Positions 11,801 through 23,800 of a stretch of DNA of 36,662 bases are shown piece after piece (position 1 is the first letter of the stretch; each line of letters starts with the position of its first letter). The notes beneath the pieces were generated by a model. That model did not search any database, was not told the origin of the DNA, and saw nothing but the letters and a program-made list of their open reading frames with translations. The DNA is from Choristocarpus tenellus KU-1152 (Eukaryota > Protista > Phaeophyceae). Made by a program: the position numbers and the translations under genes. The stretch spans positions 1-36,662 of the forward strand of contig CAXNAD020000043.1 of the NCBI GenBank assembly GCA_964200185.2, given 5' to 3'.

Positions 11801-14800
11801 TGATAGAAGCATATAGGTTGCTGGACTGAGGATTTCTCTTTAAAATTCTGGATTCCATAAATTCGAAGGTTATTGGAGTGGTATAGCACTTTATATTTAC
11901 TCCCCAATGGTACAATATAATCCACATATACCGTCAAGAGTTTTTTCTTAGTCATACTGTACCACCAACTATCCCAAAATCTTATTTGAAACAATGATTG
12001 TATTGCAGCATCTCAATTATTGTACAGCTGTATGCTACATAATACACACCTTTTATTCATCCAATGTCAGTAGCAATATTTCAGAATATTGATGCTTCTA
12101 ATTAAAAAAGTTGTATTGGAGTAAAAAATAGCACACATGCACAAGAACACACCTAGGACCCAACCCTTGAATAAGTTGTACTTGCATGTAAATACAGCTT
12201 GTCACCTGTTTGGTGCATTAGGAAATGTAGTCTTCTTTTCTTGTGCTCTCTATTTACTTTTGGGGAATTAACATTTGGGTTGGGGTAATATTTTGTGTTA
12301 AAACACCAAACATTCTTTTTGTGTGTGAAGAACAGTGCCTCATCATGGGCTACTGTTCCTCTCATGATCAAACTTGGGCTTCAATCAATCTCACGTTGGT
12401 AGAGGTAGGGCATTGTAACCTTAGCAGTTAGAGTTTGAAGCCAGGAAAGGGATGCATTCCAGATGCAACAAAGATGTAGGATAAATGGGATATCTCCAGC
12501 AATGTTTTGAGGTAGAAAACAAGAAAAAAAATGTTCAGAGACATGGGAGCAAGAAGGGGAGCATGGAGTTGGTTCGAGGTTGTAACCTCCACATGGGACT
12601 CAGCATACAGCCCAATTAGATGCCAATTTGGAATAAAACCTTAAAGGTCCTAAAGTGGACCGGAGACAATCTAAACCTTGTCTGCCACAGGTCGATTTAT
12701 CTCATTAAATAGTTATATATGGTACGAAGGTTGATAAACTAACCGTTGATCATGTTATTGTATCAACTCCGACTCAAAATGCATCATCCAAGAGGGTGCA
12801 TAATCTGGATAAAGAGATTATTTCTGCTTTCTTGGGGGTATTTTTGTTTTTATATTTGCACCGTTGTTTTTCCAGTTCATGATCTGAATCCTATCTCATT
12901 AGAGTGCTGATATACACAGGGCTCATAGGATGTGCGTTTGGTTGCTCAAATCTTTTTGGCTGGCGGTCCAAAACTTTTAGAGAAACAATGGTTGGACTAC
13001 TTTAAGTCTGATCGGAGTGCTCTGAGTTTTACTGGATCTCCTTTTGATATTCATAACTTTACAACCTATAATTTATTGATCTTGACGGCACTGCCATTGT
13101 TGCCACCTTTCACCGTCATTTCCACCCCATAGCCCAGATTTTTTGGATGGTGTCAGACCCTTCAATGAAGGTTCCACCACAACCTATATTTGCCAGGGCT
13201 TTTCACCAGTCCCGCAAATAAAACAATCCCATCCGCCATCTTCACCATTCTCATCGTTTTTTAACATGTCCCAGTCCATGTCCGTCGACCAGACTGGGTA
13301 TTGTACTGATCTTTAACATGTCTGGAGCATGTCTACTGGGTATTGTACTGATCTTTAACATGTCTGGAGCATGTCTACTGGGTATTGTACTGATCTTTTT
13401 CCACTGACTGGCCAGTCTAACTTTATTCTGGCATGTCCGAACAATATCCACCATGTGTTGTGTTAGTCCAACTGTCGAATTCCCAGTGTATCAAAGGGTC
13501 AACCCTCTTAACCACCTGAGACCTCCTCCTCTCTGAGATACTGGCTGAGTTTCTGTCTTAAGATCTCAGAGCACTTAGTCGTTCTTGGATGGTCAGTCCC
13601 TTTCTCTGATGACCTCCTCGCCTTCTTTTGTAGGCATTGCATCTCTCCCTCCTTTATCCTCGACAATATCTTCCTAGCCACAGACCTAGGTCTCATTGGT
13701 ATAGGATCAGATTCGTTGCCACGTAGTGTGGCAGCAAAACCATTGTTTCCCTCATCTGCATTGAAGAGAGGATCAGTCCCCTTTGTGCTAACAGCTTAGT
13801 TTTGCATCCAAGAGCCCCCATTTGTACATGAGTCTACGCTGCAGTCTTTGATACAAGGGTCAAGAAAGAGTGTCACTTGCTCCCCATCATTGTTTGCCTC
13901 ACTGAGCGTTCGTGCCCTTATATTCTCAAGGAGAACCCTGAGTGGAATTTGTGGAGCTTTGATGAGCTTTGATGAGCTTTCTCACTAGCATATCCTCAAG
14001 CATCACCTCTGTTGCTCCACAAATTCTTGATGGGGTGTGTATCCTCACTGTAGCTGTTAGTAAGGTCAGTTGCCAAACAAATGGTTCTACTCAGGAGACC
14101 ATCACGCCTGCCCTGGTTATGGGCTGTGACATTTGTAGCCGGTTCAAGAGGACTGGCTACTTCATTCAGGACAAACTACTCCCTGCTGTGGAGACACCTC
14201 TTGATCTCATGAGGCGATTGAAAACCTGGAGGTGGATCAAAATTTGTGTGTGAGCACACAGAAAGGGTGAGTAAGGGTTATGGTTAGGAGAATGGGGCAG
14301 ATTTTAGTCGCAATACAGCAAAGTGTTTTTGTTTTTCCACGTATAAATGGGAAAATTATGATTGGATGCAAACGTAGACTGCAAGTAATCTCTAATCACC
14401 GCGTGTCATTGCTCTTTTCTACAGTGAGGTTCTTCTCTGCACTTGTCTTGCATTACTTTAACCTCATCATTGAGCTTGAGGATGCTCTCCTCTATTTACT
14501 CTTGACCACAGAGTGACTAATTACTTCCACCGTTGTAGGTCCTCTCTTTACTGGTTACTTGCCTGCCTTTTTCTTCCCCATCGGTTTATTCTCATTGAAA
14601 CTAAGCACCAACACAATGTAAGTCTTCAGCGTATGTGCAGCTCGTGTTATTGCAGGCAACTTGAGGTCATGAAGGGAGTTAAGGATGTTTATTCCCTGGT
14701 CAGTAGCTTCGACAAGAAAAAAGTCAGATGGGTGTATGTCCTCATCCATAAAACTGAGTTACTAACTCGCAACTTATATACAGTAGACACTACACTGGAT

Positions 14801-17800
14801 GTGGTACAGAGAGAAAGATTGAGAAAATATAGCTTGAAGTGCAATTGTATTCAAAAATTCTATTTTGTAATATATTGATAAATTTGACGTTTGTGGGTCA
14901 AGGAAAAACAGAAGAGAATATGAAGAGATTTCGCCTTGGTTGCTTCTTAGAAACGGTGGAGTTTACATATCATGGTTGCCTTGAGATGCAGTACATCATT
15001 ACCGATTTGGAATTCATGAGGTTAAAAGACAAGAAACAAGGTTTTTTTCAAACAATAACTTACTTGAACCAGCTCCAGCCTTGGCATTCTTAGTAACTGT
15101 CGAGTGCATGTTTTCCTTCTCATAGACAAACTTGTGATTGTGTGCACGGTGAAGATGATGTACAAGAATTTTGTTGCCCTGTTTGCCCTTCATCAGCCAC
15201 GCAGTGTACATTTATTCCTTTTTGCTTTCTCTTCGTTACCTGCTTTACCCTAAGCTTGCATGATGACCTGGAACTGTACTTTGGGGCCTTCACTGTTATC
15301 TGTGAGCTCGAAGAATTGGAAATTCAGAGACTCCTTCCTATCGAATCTATTCCGTTTCCCAACAGTATCTGCCACAACAGAGCGATTTTGAGCAAATGTA
15401 GGTGCCTTCTGCTGATGCATAGGTGCAGCGGGTTACCTTGATGTACCATAAGCCCATGAGCCAAGCTCACCACTCTGTAGAGTTGACCGGGTCATCTCTT
15501 GATGCATGGCTGCAAGTGTCGCTACCACTTTTGTCATTACCGCCACAACTATTGCTGCTACCACTGTCACTGAGAAAGTCGAGAAACATCACCTGGTCGA
15601 CCATAGATAATTTTTCTAACATTGTCAAGTCCATGGTCACCACTTCTTCAACATGGTAGTTGCCACCAGCTGCCATACACACCCAAGTTGGAACATGATT
15701 GAGTCCATGGCCATCAGTCATTTCTACACGGCCGTGTACCTCAGCCAACAAGCCCTGATCAAAGACCACATTTAGTATGGAGTGCTGTGCATAGATGTAG
15801 AGTTCCATTCCATCACATTGTGGTTTGCCGAGCTTCCACCTCCTAACGGGGTCCGCTTGAACACTCCTCACCCAACCTCCGAGGTGGTCAAGATCTCCCC
15901 TTCTTCCTCGCATGTATTGGCAATGTATAGAACCTCGTCTCTTCCCATTTCCACTTCCACTCGTTTTGATGGACATTGTCCATTGCTTGAGATTGGCCCA
16001 TGTAGTTAATGGTGAATGTGTAGTGTATGATAAACAGTAATCGTGCCTGCTCCTCCAAGATCACCCATCTCTGCCCTGTTCAGTCGTCACTAATGACGAC
16101 ATACATTACATATGTATATGATGGCCAACATGACCTTCTCGACTTGTTTTTGTTTGTTTTTGAGCATCTGCTCCTCTCACCTTTTGGTTATACCTGTGGC
16201 TTCATCCACCACCTTTTTTTTATTTCTGCAGTCATGTAAACCTCTTTTAGCACAGTGCCCCTTGTGTGCAGAGGGTATCTGAGGCCAACCCTCTCAGTCA
16301 TTGCTTTGTCTCATTCGTCATCCAGGGGCTTATTGTTGATGTGTTGATAGATTGAGATTGGCTTTGAGTCGGACAAAACCCTTAGACAGACCCCTGCGTC
16401 TACTCCTGTTCTTCCTGACAATCAAGATTGGTCTTCCCTAGTGTCCTTGCCTGATTTCTAAGATTAGACAGCTCTCAGGACTTCCTGCAAGGTCCAACAT
16501 GTTTTGTGTGGATAATGACTGCTGAATGTTATAACCGATAGGGGTATATATGTAGCATACTGACATGAAGCTGAAGTTACGAGATTATTCCCACTTACTT
16601 GATTCGAAGTGAATACCATAGACATATTAAATAATTTCTATTTCAGTTGACTGACTGACTCAAATTTCGCAAATATTGTAACTTCAAAAAGTGCCTAAAA
16701 CTCGAGATAGTCTTCTTACTTGCCTGCTGCTCTGTCATAGTCAACGACTTAAGTTCTATTTTCTCTCTTTGATTTCAATGTTCATGATCAATGGGGATCT
16801 TGTGCCACCAGCTCCTGCTGAGAGATACAGAGTAGTTTTATCGTAACTCCATTTCTTGTTTGTATGGTGCATTGCTATTGTAGCTCATCATATTCCTGTT
16901 GAAACATCAACACTCAAGATTATTTTAAAGGCCCTAATACCTATATGGGCCAGTACAGAAATTCTTAAACTTACCCCTAACTCTAGTCTCTGCTCCAAAC
17001 CATAGCAAATTCTTCGACAAAATCCAAATCTGCTGGATTTTTTGGGGTTTTGTGAGAGCAGGAGCTTACTCTTCATACTCAGTGGATGGCAGGGTGGGGG
17101 AACGTTTTAAGATGTCGGCACTTTGCATGTCATGGGTAGATCATGAGTAGGGTAATCCTGATTAGGGTTAGGGTTGAGGCGATATGAGTTAGGGTTAGAG
17201 TAGACTTTTTGAGATTTTTTGGCGTTTGGGTTTTTTGGGAAAGATTTGTTGAATTCGAAAACAGCTAGAACAAATCCCCTTTCCCAGACTTCTTGTCCTG
17301 TTACAAGTTTGAAGCTATGGATGTCCAAATCAGGAAAAGCAAAACCGCAGATATCTTAGAGCTGTCTTTATTTGTGTGTTGAATAGGGGAGTGGGAGCGA
17401 TGGAGCTGGTGGCTATTCACCTCAAATCAGAGGGGTCAATGCTCTGCAGGACTCTGAGCTATCAAGGATGCAATTTCGATCTTTGTGAGATTGGAGTGTC
17501 AGATACGCAGGTGAGTTCATGGTGATCATTGACATGCTGCAATCATTTTCTAACTATCAGAAAAACGCAACGATCAACGCTAGCATTGCACTAAGACCTT
17601 GAGTCACATTCAACTCATAACGTTTATTGATCACATTGTTAGGGTCTGCTTTGTACCTTCTGTTACAATACAATTTTAGAGACCAGTTGCTCTGTAAGGT
17701 CTGCTATCTATGTAGTGCCTCAGTACAATTGTTCTGCAAACTGTGCTGTCTAGAACTCCTTTTATGTGCAGTATATAATAAAGAAATCCATCCTAATGGG

Positions 17801-20800
17801 ATCATAAGAGCAGGAAACACAGTATAAAAATGAATGAAAGAAATGGTCTTGATAAGGTTTGGTTTCACTGCATCCATAGTTCCAAGAAGTGAGTAATTGA
17901 GGATGCCCGCCCTAATGACCATGTTTTCTTTGTACAGTAGTCTATGTTCTCTTTGCACAGTAGTCTGAGAGCCTAAGGGTATCATGTTTATGTATACAGT
18001 GTCTCACATTGTTTTTTTATATTCTGCGGTAGTGGCAGTTCAAGATAATAATTGGATACTGCATTGGGTCTTGCTGTTTCTAAACAGTACAACAATGTAT
18101 GATACTGTTGTGGAAGATATATGGGATGATCGATTCAACATGCTCAGTATGTGATGAGATAGACAAGGTAGTTGAAGCGGTGGAGTATGTTTCGGTATGT
18201 ATAATTTTTGGAGGGATAGATTTGTTGTGAGCTTGTGGAATGCATCATTTTGTTTGTGTGATCTACTTGCGTACTGTTTCTGTTGTAAGCATCATTAACT
18301 GGTTAAACTTAAGGTCAGGGTTGGGGTGTAGGTGTGTGAATTCAAGGGAATGAAAGCAGAATTGTCTTTTGTTCAAATGATGCAATATGCATTTAGGAAA
18401 GGGTTATAGATAGGGATGGGGTGAAGGTTGATTGAAAAATATCACGTATATATAGCATTTGTTCAAGAATACAAACCTGACTTGACGAAGGTTTGCTGTG
18501 TGGTAAAATGTGGTGTAGTGAGAGAGTGTTCATAACCAGTTAGAGTCAATGTTTTTTCTGGTGGTGTAAGGCTCAGTGCAGAAGGCATGTCCTGCTGAAT
18601 GTTGTGTTCCACTTTGATGACAAATTCCAAGATGATGAGTCAAGGATAGGGTAGTAAACTTGAAGACATATTTATGTACCAAAGATAAGGGAGCACATCT
18701 GTCATAAGAATGAAAAGGTGTCGTGAGGGCGAGAAAGATGTACTGGTATCCACATACTAAGACCCCATGCTGACACTGAGCCACTACTGAAGTCTACTTT
18801 GACTATCTCAGTATCTTGATAAACTAAGAGACTTGGACGCTACCTGGCTTAATCTGTCAGTCATAATTCCACCAGTAGGTAGCTAGTCCTGATTTGAATG
18901 CCTGGACTTCCATTCTCTGTGAGTATTGACATGTGATTTTTATATGGTACTCCACTTTACTCTGAGGGGTTTGGGGCATGTTAGAGTTAGGGTTAGGGTT
19001 AGGGTTAGGTAAAACATAGTGAAGCGAAGCAATAATACAACATTATCAAAAAGGAAGAGGAAAAGATTGAGTAAATTTTGAACTTCATAACAAAACTCCA
19101 AGGGGGAATCAACCACGACCTGACCACTACTCACAGGCAACCAACAGAGAGCAGGATATCACCGCTGCTGTCAGAATCACCAAGTTCCTAGAGGAGACTT
19201 TTCTCAGGGTCACATTTGTTCCATCCTTCTGAGCACTACTCACCAGGAACCAAAAAAATAAATAAAATGTTCGAAAAACAATGAGACACAATACTCCTCC
19301 ATTGAAGTATTGCTTTTCTACAATGCATCGTGGTGGTGTAATAGACAGTGGAACTTCAATATCCTGTCAATTGGGACTGGCCTTTTTGTCACACGATGTC
19401 ACAGGTGGCATATCTATCTTGTTGATTTTGACGTCTTCTCACTGAATTCAACTGTGTTAGGAGGTTCTCATTGTGCTGGAGATACAAAGAAATAGCAGTG
19501 TGGAAGTTGTAATTTCAACCTTTTCCAGATCTTCTGTGGACATTTTTGCTTCACATGTCAACAAAATTCATAGTGAATATGAATCTATATCTTGATTCAA
19601 TCAATGCAAAGAGAGCAGTAACAGTAATTGGAAAAAATAGCTCTGATATGGCTTCAACAACCAGAACTTTACCTTTCTATTTTTTTGAAATTTCTCACAT
19701 TCGTAAATATGTACAGATGCGTGTTTACAATGAGGCCACAAAATGTTGGCGGCTGGTGTGGAACGTGCTTCAAGCTGCACTGAAGAATCAAACTCTCTAC
19801 ACACACAAACCTGAAAAAAGGCGCAAAAAGGTTTGGGTTTTTGAATTGAACTGATTAATATGGTTTGAATTGAACACCTTGATCATGCTGAGCAATGACA
19901 AGCATTTGTCACATATTTGGTTTTACAGGGAAGATGGTCAATTGCCTGTGGCATCATGGTGGAAGCGGACTAACCAGTGACCCTAACCCTAACCCTAAGT
20001 TAAAACAGGAAAAACACTTCCTGGGAAACAAATATTTTGAGGGATTTTGCCACTCCCCCATTCTTAGAGAAAATTAGGGGTAGGGTTAGAGTTGGGGAGG
20101 ACTGAAACAGACTCTAGAAACCCTGATTAATATAGTTGGTGCTTGCAATAATCTTACGTGATGTGTGTACTCTGTAGGGAGAACGTGTAACTCCAACTAC
20201 TACTGCTCAACAATGCCTTGGGTGTGTGTGTTGTATCAAGTTGCTGTTGTAGTATATTTTAGAGTGATAAAGGCATTTTTCGTCTAGGTTGTTGCTGTTT
20301 GTTGCTTGCTGATGCAGGCATGGTAGATGACGAATGTTACACTCCTTGAACCCAATTCCACTCTGTTTCCATTATCAATCTGTATAATCTGAAGGGTTTC
20401 CCTGGTGTGGCGTAGAGCTCTACTTGAAGTTTGGTTAGATGTTTAGGGTTTGGGAGATTGTTAATTTGTTCTTTCTGTATTCAAGCTTGTGCAATACAAG
20501 AAATGCTTTGGTACATTTTGACTCTGCATCTCGTTTCTCATGCACGACCACCTATCTCCTTTTGATTAACCTATGGAACCTGTTCACCATCTGCCTCCTT
20601 GGTTAATTTAATTTGGGCTAGTATGAGAGACAGAATGAGTTGATGCGCAATAGCTTTGTCAACTTCCTGTCGTGTTCACCTTTGAATTGTAATGTACTGG
20701 CAAAACAATTCTTGATATGATCAATTGTTTTCATTTTCGAGAAATGTGAACGGGTTGATGCTCAAGGGCTTCGGTGCTACTGCTATCTTTTTCTTCCCCT

Positions 20801-23800
20801 TGTAAGTTGGAGTTACAGATATACTGAGTCAAAGTATCTTAGAGGGTAGAGCCGTGTCCATTTGGGGGCCAAAATCGAATGTTGCGATTTTGATGTAATT
20901 TTGACTATCGTGTTTGTTCGTAAGTGTCAATATTCTAGTTCCAGACACGCATTTTCATAACGAATGCATTTAACCGACTCCGAAACATTTCGGAGGTGGA
21001 AAATGTCATAAAAAATCCTGTGGGAAGCCAAGCCCCAAACGGACAAATAGGGCAAAACTCATACCCTAACCCTAAGATACTTTGACTCACTTACAGATCT
21101 CAATTATTTCCCACCATTTTGCCCTGCTATTAGGTAAGATTGGGCGTTGAGTTATGCAGTGCCTTGAGTGGAGTGCATTTAACCTGTAATGTCTGGGTTG
21201 CTGATTGATGTGAGTGTTTTTTTTGTCACTGCTGGTATTGGCTGTTCTGATCCTGTTGGTCATGGCAAACATGAACAAAGACTGTTGGGAAGACTCGACC
21301 TGGCACTGAGATGGACCTGCTTGAAGAGGTTCTCGAGATTGATGTTGCAGGCGAGGGAAAGGACAGCATTCTGGCCGAGGTTGGCGGCATTAAAGTGAGA
21401 GCATGGCATAGTAGAAATGTGAACCACAGTTGTAGAGCTCACAAACAAAGTTTAGGTCAGGTTGTCCCTTTTTTTTTTGAGTCGTAACCCTGAGGATGTA
21501 CTTCCAAAAAATTGGATGGTAGGATGTAAGGTTAGTGGTGACGACTGTGTCCCTGGTTTGCTCCTACACCAATGACAACACCTTTCCAATAAAATACCAA
21601 ACATTTTTTGAAGTAGATTTTTTTTTCTGATTTCTTGTATGTCTTTGCTTACATCCACAAGAAACAAAAACAATACCCCATTTAGACACCTTCCCCGTAC
21701 ATAACTGATATTATTTCCTTGTTTACATTTTTGTTTGTATTTTCTTCACAGGCAAGAAGGGTGTCTAACAACAGTTGCAACTATCCTAAACACTTTGCTT
21801 CTAGCAACAGCTAGTCATAGTTTATGATAGCAACCATCATGATAATCATGATGGGGACTCGGCAATGCTTGTTTTGGAGATAGATGATGGTAGCGATATT
21901 GACGCTCCTTGCCCTTAGTCATACAACTCATGCTGCACCTGCTGCTCAGATTAACAAGATGTCCCCCAGGACAATGACCACCCTATATTGGGGTGCTCAC
22001 CAGCGTTTCTTCAAGTCCATGTGCATTGCCTTCAAGGTAGGTGCTGCTTCCTTGACAGGTTCAAAATACATCAAGGTACAAGTGGTATGATCTACTGGTG
22101 TAACACTTCGCTGCATGGGAAACATATGTCAGGGTGCATAACAGTATCACAATACTGTTATGCACCGTAGGAATCTTAACTGTGATTTGAATCAGAAATT
22201 TGATTTTATAGGAGAGTGTTTTTATTGGCAGTTCACTATTACTCCAGTGCAAGAAACTGCTGCATGCATTTTGTGCATAACCTAAGAATTGAGTGACAAT
22301 TTTGCCACATCATAGTGTCCAATCAACCCAGTTTCCGTAGATGAGGATTTCCTGTATTGGTTGGCGACCCGTCTAAGAGCCGAATAGGATATATTTTTCT
22401 GGTTAACATTCCCTTCATCCTCCATATGGGCTCTAATTGGAATGAATTCCAGACAGGGCCTACAGGTTGTCCTTTGCTCATGACTTGCGTAAGGTTTTTT
22501 CTTGGGCAGGGTACTCAGACTGGTCCTCTGCGAACATTTCACCATTCACTATCCCTGACCCTAACCCTAACCCTAACCCTAACCCATGTCATGTATGACA
22601 TGAGTCGTTGATAAATGACTCTGTATAGGGCATACAATTTTTTGGCATGAAGTGATGAGAAAATATTAATGGTCTCATGGTCATATGAGAATTCATCAAG
22701 ACAATGTTCTAAATTTGTTATCTCTTAGTCTACAAGAATAATGTTATCTACCTTTCACTCATGCTAATAATTCATACACTGTAGATTTTGTTCCTTAGGC
22801 AATTTTTTTGTGGATGATGCTAACTGAGATCAAACATTAAGTTTGACGGGCAAAGATGGACAAAGTGTTGTTTAGTATCACTACATCCATTAGTGCTCTC
22901 ATCCATTAGTGCTGAGAATCGAAGATTTTGTTTGCGTAAGATCAATCAATCAGCCAATCAGCCAAGCAGTCAACTTATTTCTTTTGTTTGTAATCTGTTA
23001 GAACCGGAAGATGATGCGAGGACGAGGTTTAGCAGCAGACAAGTCAGGGAAAAATTTTGCAAGGATCGTTCACAGAGTGCACAATGTGCATACGCCTGAG
23101 AAAATAACCAATTGAATTGAAACATTTTACTTCTTTGATTCTCAACATAGATGCTCAAATTTGGCAAGGGTGTTTATTGTACCTTTTTGGTGCTCTTGGA
23201 GATGTTTTCTTTGCTTGCATCATCACTCAGTTGCCCATTACATATGAAGTGTACACTGCATTTTTGGTACCATGTGTGTAGCTGCGCTGTGGCTGTTCAT
23301 CTTGTGCTATCACATAATTTGCATGTCAAGCCCTGCAACAGGCATGAGATGCAATATTTTTGGGTAATAGTTTTTCCCTTTTTATGTAATTACTCTTGGT
23401 AGGGTCAGGGGTTTCTTTTGGTATGCTCTCCATGCAATATACTTTCATGTTCAACTTTCCCCTCAAACAGCACAGATACATTAGGTATTATGTTAAGAAG
23501 CCAAAGCTGCCACAAGTTGTTATTTTACACTTTGATCAAGTTTGCTTTAAGTCTGCAGTTACTAACTTTCAAACACTCAAACTGCACAAGCGCTATCCTC
23601 AACTTGTCTAACCTACTGCCAACAAGCTAAGAATAGCAGAATTGATACCTAATGTGCCCCATACACTGTATATTCACACATGCTTTTGGAATTCCCATGA
23701 CGTCCTTGAATATCTTCTTTCCCCTCTTGGCCAAATTGATTCCATGCTGTTACTGTGAAGGTTCCAGAAGCAGTAAAAATTACCAACCAAGCTCTGGACA

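Noticed and set aside
13293-13398. CRISPR-like repeat array
   Set aside because: Units are contiguous with no spacers, and the context is a eukaryotic intron.
18543-18805. Possible fifth MITE copy (GAGTCAA...TACTTTGACT, ~260 bp apart)
   Set aside because: No internal similarity to the MITE and no TSD.
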